A stretch of 64,000 bases of DNA from Saccostrea cucullata (lineage: Eukaryota). Positions 25,672 through 37,623 of the stretch are shown here, piece after piece. Both the position numbers and the translations under genes were made by a program. The stretch lies in the NCBI RefSeq assembly GCF_032062105.1, contig NW_026918900.1, positions 62,001 through 126,000 of the forward strand, written 5' to 3'. Numbering within the stretch: position 1 is the stretch's first letter; each line of letters opens with the position of its first letter. The notes below the pieces were generated by a model. That model searched no databases. It saw only the letters and a list, made by a program, of their open reading frames with translations, and was not told the origin of the DNA.

Positions 25672-27858
25672 TCAAATAATATCAATCTGAAAAGAAACTC
25701 CTTCAAAGCCTTCAGCTCTAGGAATAAGATGAATATAACATATTTTCACCAGACATTGCTCAAATGGAATTTGTAATACCTCCGTGTTGCCTACGTAAGA
25801 AGATTTGTATGTTGTCAAAGTTTTGTCCAGATCTAAATCATTATTTACATATAAATCAACGTCACCAGATCCACCCTCTGTAAAAATCCGAATAAACCGA
25901 CCAGAAGATGTATGTCCATCAAAGCCAAAGACAATATTTTCTTTTCCTTTTGCGGTCAAACTCTTGATGTGTGTTTTCCCGTAAATTTTTCGGATGTATG
26001 ACTCTATTTTGCATACATCGATTCCCACTACCTTGAATGCTTTTCGAATAATTTCTAAATCGTGACCTAGATCATAAGTGGCCTTTAGGACCCCACAAGC
26101 TGCATCCGAAAAATTGGAATGAGGAGCCCAATAGAACCGGTTAGCATGAGTAAAGATCTGAAAAACTATCTTAAGTCCCAAACTGGGTTCGTTGATCAAT
26201 GTACATGACACTTTGTTGAATATTCCGCTGGAATCATGAACTTCCATTCCATCCTGGTAATCTTGCACATGGACTATAGAGCTTCCATCCTTATTTTGAT
26301 TGCATATATCACGGATCCCTTCATTATCATTTTTATCCGACTTAGCACCAATATGAAGATCAAACGTCCCAGTGATGTAAAATTCTAAGGCTTCGCCAGC
26401 TAAATCGGAATATGCCTCATTAACACCACCAGACTGATTGGCATACACGAGATGTGAGTGACCCTCGGTGAAAATGTGAGCAAACTCGTGGCCAACTACA
26501 TCGTACGTAACTAATGGATAATAATACTTACCACCATCACCAAACACTAAACTTACTCCATTGTATGAAGCCTCAAATTGTAACTTTCCATAATGTACCC
26601 ATACATCAACTGGAGGCTTGGATACAAGAGGCGCGTGTGCCCATTCTTCAAACATTTTGAAGACTTTCTCTGACATATAAAAAGCATCGGCCATTGGAGA
26701 AAATCCTCCGTTTACATTGTCTTTTATGCCTTTGCTGCAAGGAAATTTATATGGCTTAGATTTTGATGAAGGTGTTGTTGCAGTTTGTAAATCGAACACT
26801 CGTACGTATTTGGATTTAAGTTGACATCTTTTCCTTGCTTGATCAATTTTGACTTTTAGAGGCGGGAAATCTTCACCGTAAATAATTTTCTGTGTTTTCT
26901 TGTTACCACCTACAGCATTAATACCAGAATTCTGTAATCGTTGTGTTCTGTAAAGCATTTGTCCAGAATTTGCATCAATGACATATCCTGGTCGTTTCAT
27001 TATTCCTGGTGCAATAATTGTCATTGTGACGTCATAACACAGAACTGCTCTGTCATCAGTTGGCATTATCATCAAGAGAGTCTCACTCTTATATATCATT
27101 GACGTATTATTTAATCCCTCATTGAGCAAAGCAACCGATAACGCTTGATCCTCACTCAAACGTGGAACAACTTCTTTTATATCCTCCTCCAGATCGTCGT
27201 ACCATGAACCGGAAACTTGACCTGTCCAATGACCCGTGTCGGAATCAACTTCCTCCGTGATGTAAGCATTGTAAATGGGAACGCCTTTGTACGTTTCCTG
27301 GAGTCGGACAATGTTTGTACTCTCGATAGATTTTCCTTTGTCCACAGCTTTTAGGCCATTATATTTATCTATCAACAGCTCCTCTATACGGTTTGTCGGC
27401 TGTTCGCTGTTTCTGATGTCTCTTCTTCTCTCGTTCAGAATTTTATTTATCTTTAAGCGTACATCCAGTCTGCGATGCCCTGAGATCTGTACAATATAAA
27501 CTGAAAAAGAGAGTGAAAGTTTAATGTGATAATACATGTAATTAGATGAATAACTTTGATAATATCCAAGATGTCATCGCTCAACATGTATCTGTGTTAC
27601 ACCATGAACGCCATTTAGAGAAATGATTTTCAAATGTGAAATTTCATAATGTTTTGTTAATATGCAAAATAAATTTAGTACTTTCTCTCAAAAAAATAAT
27701 TATAACATTTTGTTAGTTATTAAGATAGAAAATTGATTCCTTAAAGTTTGAAATTTAAAAATAAATTAATAAAAAAATAAAAAATTTAATACAATATAAT
27801 ACCATGGAACCATAAACTTACTTATGCCTAGGAATGTGAGTAACTTTAATGACTCCAT
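25672..27858 (-). CDS. Secreted M4-family (thermolysin/vibriolysin/LasB-like) zinc metalloprotease, 621 aa; exons 27858-27822 and 27500-25672
   Basis: FTP propeptide (VRLQETYKGVPIY), PepSY (YVIDANSGQML), mature start GGNKKTQKIIYG, NGGFSPMADA, HEFAH, GGVNEAYSD, VHDSSGIFN, and a C-terminal PPC-like domain (GGSGDVDLYV..GNTEV). A phase-1 GTAAGT..TTTTTCAG intron (27821-27501) yields signal peptide MESLKLLTFLGIIYIVQISG. Confidence 0.92.
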
Positions 27859-28624
27859 GACAGCAAGAGCAATTGCTTTGCAATGAGAATTTAGTGCATT
27901 TCCGGAAAATATTAACTTGTTGTAAAATACCAAAGTTGAATTTGATGTGATATTACATTATTGACCTTTCAAGGGCGGTAATTCAGCTATTACTTTAATA
28001 ATTGTAAATAATGCTGATTGCATACTCATTGTGATATATAATTGCAATGCTCAAACAAGGACAATATGAGATCAATAAATACGAGGATTGATCCAAAAGT
28101 TCGTGGAATTTCTTTTAAAAATTTTACCGTCATTTAATGAAAGAAAACAACAGGCATATTTATAATATAGAATCATAATACAACAATATTTGAAAATTTC
28201 ACCACTTTCCAATTACCAATAACGTCACACGAGCTTTCTGAAAATGAATTGTTGGGAAACCCGACTTCGACGCTACGTCAAGTTTGATACGCTATAGAAG
28301 CATGTCACTCTAATGTCCAATTCGAATACGTAATTCTACAAAATGCTGCCCTTTTCTCCATTTTTTCTCAAGAAAAGCCTGTGTATCCTTTCGCACGAAC
28401 TTATCTTCATTATTTCACTCATATTTCAAAATACTCCCCATCTTTCCATATTTTTATAGTATAAATTTACATCGAGCACGATGACTTTAGTTGTTGTGGA
28501 AGTATACCGCACTGTATTAATTAATGTATCATACCGGTAATATTGACCAATGAAAATGAACTTAAAGTCAATTTAACTAGCTCCAAATGTTCCAAAGCAA
28601 TGTCAGGAACAGTACGTCAGCCGG

Positions 28625-31079
28625 TGTAACGTTGAATATGCGTATTGACCCGAGTTGAAAATTGACCCGGGATTCATTTTTCAACGTTGAATACTGAACC
28701 GGGGGTGTTTTTTATCCGTTAGAAATTGAGACTAAAATCGTTGAATTTATACCCGGGGACATTTTTCAACAGATTTATGACCTTAGCAAGTTGAAAATTG
28801 ACTCTGTTGAATATTGACCCCACCACAGAGTTAGAATATTTTTTGAACTTGGAAGTTGTGTTACGAGATTTATCAGTATCATTATTATCTATATTTATAT
28901 TTCGGTTTCAATTTTTTCCCTTTTCAAGAATAATAGAATTAAACCTATCAACCCGTATATAAATGTATGTACATTTTTATAATTACACGATTTAAGTTAT
29001 CTTCAAGCATGACAACTTATTTATTTTTTGTTAATACTTTCTAAGATCCATAGCATCCATAAATAACTACAAAACTATGAAACGAGCATAAAACAAAAAT
29101 CCTGGAAATCTTGTATCTAGAAAGTGAGATAATTCAGGTGGGCAGAACATAAAAATACAAAATAAAATTTAAAGCCTAAAAATTAGAATGAAACACATCG
29201 GCCAAAATGAATCCAATGATAGGTTATATTTGTGAAAAAGATCAATATGGCGACCATAGCATGCAAGTTAATGTTGACTTTAAACAAGGTTTGTGAAATC
29301 CCTTTAACAAACTTATCTGTCAATAGCTAGCCTGCCTCGGCTTAAAAATTGTATCGTTTTCGGAGCATAACCTTGAGAATGAGATTTTTCTAATTCTAAA
29401 ACAAATCATTCTTATTCGATACAATGTGATTTGTATTCGATTTGTTGTTATTCCTATTCGATAATTTATAATTTGTATTCGATAAATTGCTATTCCCATT
29501 GGAGGAAATATGACAATATGATTCCTATATCATAATACTTATATCATTCTTTTCGAAAAAACGCGTTTCCTATTCGATGTCATTCATATTTGAAAACATG
29601 CGATTCCTATTCGCTAATTTTGTCATTCCTATTCGATATTTTATCTTTCTTATTCGATAATGATTTGGTTTACATGCAATAAATTTGTTCAAAAACAAAC
29701 TAGCATCCATTTCTATTCGAAAAAAATACAATTCCAATTTGATAAACTTCTTATCTTGTTGCATAATTTCATCTCTCCTATGTGATGTTTTTCTTATTTT
29801 TTTTCAGTACTTGCATTCTGGGAAATATGACAAAACTAGAACTGGTTGTAAACTCAGTTAAATAGGAATAACATGTTTAACATGATTATCGAATATAAAT
29901 CATTTTATTATCGAATAGAAATGACAAAATTATCGAATAGGAATCACATATTTTCGAATAGAATAACAACTTAAAGGCGATGAATTCTCGAACAGAAATA
30001 TCGATTTTTTTTTTCGCACAAGAATAACAATTAAAATAGGAATCATATTTTATCAAACAGGTATGACATGATTTAGGAAAAAACCCCAAATTTTTTAATA
30101 AGAATAAAAAAGTATAATAATGAAACGTTTTACCCGCCATACCATAAACAGGTGATAGCAGAATATTACTTCACAAATACGGAATGTTCACTTTGGAAAA
30201 GATGAAGAAGAAATCATTTCTTTTCTTATACAGTAAGTTGGCCTTCATCTTCCATATAGTGAGTAAAACTTCAAAACATGAAACAGTTGTGGGACATTCA
30301 GTGGTGACTTTAATTTAAAGTTCACCGGGATATATCGAGTCGACATATGAACTAAAGTAACTAATAGTAACTATTGTTACTTGAATTAAATGTTGAGTTG
30401 AACTCCACAGCAAGTGTATTCTTATTGTCATGTAAATGTTTGTAAAAATATATTCTGATTTTGCTTCATAGAAATATTAAAACAGGTCGGCCAATAAAGG
30501 AGCACAATTGGTGCCTATCGAAATTCTAAGTTTTGAGGTAAGAACCGGTCTCCGAAGACTGCAAAAAATTTCAATATCAACTTCACAATACTGATAGAAT
30601 CACGGTGATTTTAAACAAAGTGATTTTTGTTGATGACCTATCACAAGATACGAAAATTTCCGAGTTCCATTTTTATTGAGAAAGCAGTTGTCTATGATGT
30701 ACAAATGTATATAGTTTAGAATTTGTCGCGAGGAATGCTTGTTTAGAGTGTACAAAAGTTGTACGTTTTGATGTTACTGACTTTTGAAAAAATTGTGATT
30801 TAAAATTTTCTAAAGTGGAGGGGGGGGGGCTACGCATCCCTAGCTCCCCGCCCCCGTACCCAACGCCTATAAATTAAATTACAGCTGTGAAAACCAAGTC
30901 ATACATATGTGTTTTTATGCTGTTGAATTTAGAACCGGTTTCATGATCAAAATTCCACGACCCGGCTCAGTTTTCAAAGGACTACCCTGGGTCTAAATTC
31001 AACACCTTGGTCTCAGTATTCAATGTTGAAAAATGACCCCCGGGTCAATTTTCAACCCGGATCAAATATCAACGTTACA
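28625..31079. mobile_element. Non-autonomous Ginger1-like DNA transposon nested in MITE copy B
   Basis: TGTAACGTTGA...TCAACGTTACA termini; CCGG duplicated at 28621-28624 and 31080-31083; long imperfect subterminal inverted GTTGAAAATTGACCC repeats. Confidence 0.75.
29246..30141. mobile_element. Possible IS3EU-like MITE with TATTCGA/TCGAATA subrepeats inside the Ginger-like element
   Basis: TATGGCG...CGCCATA ends; left half rich in CTATTCGA, right half in TCGAATAG; no TSD seen, so boundaries are uncertain. Confidence 0.4.
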
Positions 31080-33001
31080 CCGGTAAGGTCCATTAACGAT
31101 TTTAATTTGTCTAGGGGGATAAACACTTGAAACAGAGCCCCCAAAAGGCGGCCACACTAGCTTTAATCAGCGTCCATGCATGGAAGTTCTATTTTTCTTA
31201 AATTTCTTATACCACTGAAAAACCAATAACTAAATGCATTTCCCCCCAGCCTATGTCAATATAACATACGTGTTAAAGATAGAGTGATCCCGGGATTTTT
31301 ACAAAATTTATGACTTGACCGAAATTTAACGTTGTCTAACAACTTTTAAAAAGATGAACAATAAATCACCAACTAATTAACTAAATATTAAGTAAAATCA
31401 GTATAACTCTCACACAAAGGTTTATAAAAGATCAAGCAATCGTAATAATAACATAATTTTTGTTTTATATACCACGTAGGGTGGTTTTATTCTTATTTCA
31501 CGTATTAAGAATTAAAATGATAATAAACGCGTTAATGTCTCCCCTGCAATTCCAAGCAACCGTTTCCTAGGCAACATCTATTACTATTATACAATCATAA
31601 ATATTTAAAATGTTTTTTTTTTAAATTTAAAATATTCAACAAGTGTCTATATTCTTATTTGTAATTTTGAACCAATTTCACATAAAAATGAATAAAATAT
31701 GAAGAAATTCCACGAACTTTTGGATCAACCCTCGTAACCCTCAATTGTTCATTTTAAAAATAATTTCTATACACGAAAATCATTCAGCATGTAGTACTAA
31801 AAATCGTATTAAATTAGTTTTATCTCACATCATATCAAGCACATGAAATAAAATTCTTTTTACACCAATATTAAAAAAATTCTGAATTCTTTATATTTCA
31901 AGATATAGATGTGCAATCTTCATGAATGTTTGAAAAATTATATTATTATATTATGATTTACATGCTTTGATTCTGCCAATCCAAACAAATTATGGCTCCA
32001 AGCCTGCTTCTCTCTAGGTGTTGGCCCTGCACGTGGTTTTTTTGGAACCGCGCCAAAGGACATTCATGAGGAAATCAATTACATTTACATTTGGTAATTT
32101 TATCTCAGACAAAGACATTGGAAATGTAAATATTTAGTTTTATCTCACATCTCATCAAGCACATTTATGAAATAAAATGAAATCTTTTTACATCAACATT
32201 AAAAAAAATTCTGAACGTAGATGTGAATGAAAAATTCTTAAGAGGGACGTTAAACAACATACAATCAATCAATGTTTCGATTTAATCGGACAAGTTTACA
32301 AATAGTGATTATTTTCTCCTTTATTTCTTTATTTTTATAATTATCATTTATCAGTCAGTAAACACAACTTGACAACCATTTAATGTGCAGATTAATTCTT
32401 GAACAGTAACTCTTCATTCAATGAAACATACGATGATCATATATATATCAATCGCGAAGATATAAATATAAACAGTAAAATGTATTTCTTTAATTGTTAT
32501 AGTTTGGGAATTAAATAAGGTTGCAGTTATTGTAGAAAAATTTCGTTTGGTTATGCATTTTTCCTGCAACAGCTGCACTATTCATTCCCATAAATTCACT
32601 TCGCCTGAATATTATCTTAAGTACTTAATATGAAAACCATCGTTGTTAATCAATCAGTACAAAGCCATCTTTGCTAGCCAAGGGTTTCTGATCCACTAAT
32701 CTCCTCACAAACCCTCGGCCTATGGTGCTGTCAAAAGTCCTGATCGTAAAGTCACGTGATATCAAATCAGAGATTGCGTCATCGACGGATTGAAAGAAAA
32801 GGTACCTATGAGCCAATGAGAATTAGAATTTTAGAAAAAAATATTTGATTACAATGCTTCAAATAGCTGTTAAACAGTGCTAAACAGAAAACAGAACAAT
32901 TAAATGTAATTTAACTACATGAACATATAAATGTATAGTTTTCTTAATGGTTGCGATGACAACGTCAAAAGAAAGGTCACAGTGTAATAATGTGAATGTG
33001 G

Positions 33002-33368
33002 CAGGACCGTAGCATCGGTTTTGAAAGTGGGGGGGGGGGGGGGGGCAGCCACTGAAATTTTTTTTTACTTACCTGAAAAAGTTGACAAGAAAAAAAAAAT
33101 TGCCCAAAGTCGAAAATCCTATTTCGTGGGGGGGAGGGGGGGGGGGGGGTTGAGGCAAACTTTCTTCACTACCAATTCCTTTCGATATCCATTTTTTTTA
33201 AGCTTACAATACTATATTTCCTTCATATTTCTTTACTTTAGTATAAAGTGTGGGGGCCAACCAGCCTTTCAATGAGCATTTTCAATAGTAAAAGTAGTGT
33301 TGGCAAAAAAAGTGGGGGGGGGGGCAGCCCCCCCCCCCCCCCCCCCCCCCCCGGTTGCTACGTCCCTG
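33002..33368. mobile_element. MITE with long G/C tracts
   Basis: CAGGACCGTAGCA / TGCTACGTCCCTG imperfect TIR flanked by a TGTGG direct repeat; several poly-G runs and a poly-C run. Confidence 0.6.
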
Positions 33369-34089
33369 TGTGGTGAGACGGTTTAAAAACAAAGCAAAGT
33401 TAGAATATCCGGGTATATCAGTCTTACAATAACCAAATATTAACGAGGTCTCAGACCCTCTTTAAAATAATATCTGTGTGTCCTCTTCTGATTCAATTTA
33501 AAAGTATCGGGTGGGTAAGTAGGTGTGAAAATCTTTTCTTTGTGACGGGATAAAAGGAATAAAAAAAAATCAGTGTCCTGGAATGTTAAAAAAATGAGTC
33601 GGGTCAACTTTAGCTATTTTTTTTAAAGATGGCTCATTTGATTGATTTAATTTCCACTTAGGTAATGCATCTATCTTCCACACCAAACTTTACTTCGTTC
33701 CTTTGTCCGTCATACAGCCTTTATTTATATACTCGTATAAAAATCCCGGAGAAAATCGATAGTTAAATTTTTCTAAAACAGAATCCAGAATGGGATTTGT
33801 AATTATGTACGTTGCCCATGACAAGCTTTGTAAACCACAACGTGTTATGAATGAGAAAAATCCCTGTGGTTCCTGAAACTTAAACTTCCTAACAAAATTT
33901 TTGACGCCGTAATAATTTGTAACATTCTTTCTCCACAGTCCACATTCTGTTTTTCTTACTTATAAATGTCCTTTCGATATTGCTTTAAAACGTATGAATT
34001 AAAAATAAAATATTCACATTGCATAGAAATAAACCATCTAAAGCAAAAATTTATTCTTCCCTTTTCATCCGTAGTCCTACTCTAGTAGA

Positions 34090-34900
34090 CATGTCACTAA
34101 CGATCATGGAAGAGTAGTTATATCGATGAGGAACTTAAGACATTGATTTAGAAGGTTTGGAGTTCAGGGAACTTCAATCTATCAATCTGCAAAAATATCC
34201 TAATATATATTATGAATTCTGTCGAAAATGATACCACAAGACGAATCATTGATAAATGAGAAGACAACGATACTTTTGTAGAATTGATTCTTAGACAGAA
34301 ATTGTAATTCTGAAAAAAGAAAGGGTTAATAGCAAACTGCCAACCATTTCTCTTTCTTCCATAAGAAAGAAAGTAACCAAATTTACTAGTTCTAGTTGAC
34401 AAAACAAATATGAACACAATAACGATTAAAATGCTTTTTAGAACTTGGATTCAAATCTGCAACTTGTTGATATCTAGAGTATGCTCTTGATTTCCTTTCA
34501 AGGATAGAGATTCTTCAAACCCAAATGCCAATTAATTGTACATACTTTTTGTATTAGAATTTCTTAATACAAACAAATTCAATCTGGATTTCTCCTCCTA
34601 TACGATTAATTCCAAAATATTATTAACAACTTTAAAAATATGCATTGTAGGGTCTTTCAAATAATCTTGGAAAACCCTGTCTCAACTCTTCAGAAATTGC
34701 ATTAAAAGTGTTCAAAATCGAATGAGAACTCGTAAAAACCTTTTAGACAATTTTAAAACACATCTTTTTTTAAAAGTAAAATTCTATGACTTCTTCGATA
34801 TACAAAAGTACATCATATTCACCTACAAAACAATTTTTTTTAAATTCATAATGATTCTTATTCTACTCAAAATTACAAAATAAAACATTCTCCTTTAAAA
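34090..34900 (-). mobile_element. Decayed LINE (L1/Tx1-like) ORF2 C-terminal fragment
   Basis: Broken coding-like sequence on the minus strand, absent from the corresponding flank of the paralogous nAChR gene. Confidence 0.4.
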
Positions 34901-35089
34901 AAAAAACTCTGACTGTTGTATTCAATATTTTGCTGACGTTTTGTCAAATGACAAAAATTATTTTCATCTCTAAACGTCAATTCGCAACACGAATCCACGT
35001 GAGTTCAAAATATATCTAAAAGACATTTCTAAATAGATTATAGCCTATCTTTTGCAAAAAGTAAATTGATTCTGTTTTAAAGGTCTAAA

Positions 35090-36310
35090 CTAAAGAATTT
35101 CAATGCATAAAACACAAAATGAAGCAATATTTAAGCTGACGATGCACACCATAAAGATGTTTTCTACTCTCATGGCTTTTTCTTTACTGCGGGAAGTGGA
35201 AGGTTTCAAAAGTCCTTCTGGACTAGTTAATGTTTTATCGCTTTCCATCACCTTGTAGACAGTATTACAGTGAAGCTGTTGTACATTATCTTTTTTCTCG
35301 GGATCGGGATCTCCATGATAAATACGGAGAACAATGGTTTCCAGAATCACAACCATCGCGCTCAGAATTACCTGTGTAGTAACATAAATGCTGAACCACG
35401 AGATGTTCTCTGAGGATGAAGGCATTGTGTCGCTTAGAATGCTGGCAAACACGGCAAAGGTTAGAAATAAAGCCATAGACATGCCAATTTTCTCCCCGGC
35501 TTCCACTGGCAGAATAAAGCAGAAGATGTTCATTAGTGAGAGAACCATTATTGGTATCACCGAGGTTAAAATGGCCATGGCTGGACGTCGTTGTATCTTC
35601 AAGACGAAATCGAGTCTAGTGTCAATGGGATTATTTCTTCCGTACATTATTTTTTTAATTTCCCTTTCTAAAGAAATTAAGTTCCACTCTCCATTTGTTG
35701 TTAGGCTTGATGTGTCAATTAAGGAAATTTTCTTCTCAATTTCTAATTTATGAGTGTTTGATAATATAGGCTGAAAGGCATAAGTGCATTTCTGTTCGTC
35801 AAACGGGTATCTCTCCACATTAATTTCACACTGAATCGTGCTCTTCACCGTATCGTATAAAGTAACACTCCCATAAGGTAAAATAAAAACTTCATTGTAT
35901 TTAACGGAATTAAAACTGATACATTTCTTGTCAATTTCTAGTTCATTCATATTACAAACGGCTGGAATCCAGACTTTTTCGGCAGGAATCCTCAAACTTT
36001 TAACATTATATTCTGAGATATTCCAGCGGAGATATTCATCTATCCACGAATAAGCCAACCAGACAATTGATGAAAACGTTTGTGACTTCTCGTTAACATG
36101 TTCTATACTATGAAGCGCAATGGACACACCAAATTTAACATAGTTAGTTCTGTTAAGGACAGGTTTACGAAATCGATTGTATCCATCAAAGAGTGCATTT
36201 TGGAGAGATGTTTCTGGGTCCATTTCCCCGAGGGCTTGACCAAGAGAAAAAAGGGACGCAAAGAAAAATGGAACACACTTGGACATAATACGAAACATGT
36301 TCAGTGACAT
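35090..36310 (-). CDS. Intronless Cys-loop ligand-gated ion channel, nAChR-like non-alpha subunit (copy 1)
   Basis: Signal peptide, WIDEYLRW, VWIP, Cys-loop CEINVERYPFDEQKC, NGEW, four TM helices with GEK before M2; no vicinal CC in loop C. Confidence 0.93.
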   Translation of the reverse strand: MSLNMFRIMSKCVPFFFASLFSLGQALGEMDPETSLQNALFDGYNRFRKPVLNRTNYVKFGVSIALHSIEHVNEKSQTFSSIVWLAYSWIDEYLRWNISEYNVKSLRIPAEKVWIPAVCNMNELEIDKKCISFNSVKYNEVFILPYGSVTLYDTVKSTIQCEINVERYPFDEQKCTYAFQPILSNTHKLEIEKKISLIDTSSLTTNGEWNLISLEREIKKIMYGRNNPIDTRLDFVLKIQRRPAMAILTSVIPIMVLSLMNIFCFILPVEAGEKIGMSMALFLTFAVFASILSDTMPSSSENISWFSIYVTTQVILSAMVVILETIVLRIYHGDPDPEKKDNVQQLHCNTVYKVMESDKTLTSPEGLLKPSTSRSKEKAMRVENIFMVCIVSLNIASFCVLCIEIL

Positions 36311-37623
36311 TAAAGGAATATGCTACAAGATAGACATTACCAAAGTCAAATGTATACGTTTATATTTACCAATCAATGCGATTTATTTACATAGTAATAT
36401 CAAGTATGAGAAAAGAGTCTTTTCAATTCTGTTGAAATAACAGCAGTTTTAATGTTTCACGACTGTCATGTTGGAAACCCATTTGCAGAGTTATTGAATT
36501 TGATAGAGAACAATTAATCTGAATTAGTGAAAATCAATATTTTAATGCGTGTATTTTGTTAGTTAATGACTGGGTCTCAAATGAAAATCACATTTCCTTC
36601 TCAACATAAGAAGAATTAGCATTGATGATTTCATTGTACAGATCTATTTTTAGACTAGATTTCAGACAAAGTCTGTTTTTAGAGAGCGCAATCTGAAAGA
36701 AAAATTGATTTACAACTTACAAAAATCCTTCAAAGTTGGCCAAAACAGCATTATGTGCTTCAATTTGTGCATGGATTTTGGCATAGAAGTCCTCAGGGCA
36801 GGCTTGCCCCTAAATAACATTGAGATATTTGAGTAGGATGTGATGTAAGGAATAATTCAAAATATTTTAAGGCACCCTGTCATAGGATCGAAATTTAAAT
36901 TTAACCCCCCTCCCTCCCCGAAAAAAAACACATATATAATATTTTTAGTTAAGAATAGTTCAACTGATATTAGCCCTGGCTATTCACACCCTGTGCACGT
37001 TTTTTAAAGTCGTTTTAAGTATATATAAAGATATTGATAATAATTATGTAGGTACCAGACTTTGTGGATTGATACAACATTGTAATGCACAAATATTCAA
37101 ATAACGAATCTGCACATTTCAGTCACCTCAGTGATATAGAAAGCTTTAAAGGTCCCTAAGTAGCATATATAGGTTTGTAATTAAGTAACCTTTTATTAAA
37201 CTATCAGTAATCTTCCAATCACTTTTGAGTTACGAAATGACGGTGTTCTATCCTGCAGACCTAATTGACCCTTTTTGAGGAATATTCAAACTGATATTCA
37301 ACGAATAATGATTCAATCATGGACAGTTACTGAACTAATGAGCCATCAGTATTATCTTTTATTATATACCTAATGTGTATCATCCAATTTTACTGTTGAA
37401 TTTACGCTACCACATGACGTCGTGATCCGATTTTCCGGATCACCAACATGTTGTTTTTTGAATCCATATCACCACTCTCTGAAACTGATGACGTAGTACG
37501 CAGAAATATGACGTTATTTTTCTTGCGCGTTAAAAAGTCCCTTGTTATTATGCTTTGTTTAATGGATTAATATTATCCAATTTATCTCTAAAGGTTTATT
37601 TTAACATATTTAGCCAGTTATAA

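Larger units (their letters stand above)
28082..31734. mobile_element. Mariner-type MITE copy B (same family as 1409-2464, opposite orientation), split by nested insertions
   Basis: Same TIR with one mismatch and TA flanks; 28082-28620 and 31084-31734 are the reverse complement of copy A. Confidence 0.88.

Noticed and set aside
25672-27537. Bacterial contamination, and the ORF-track start at 27537
   Set aside because: A spliceosomal intron, host-like composition and host TEs on both sides argue against contamination; the 27537 ATG lies within the intron.
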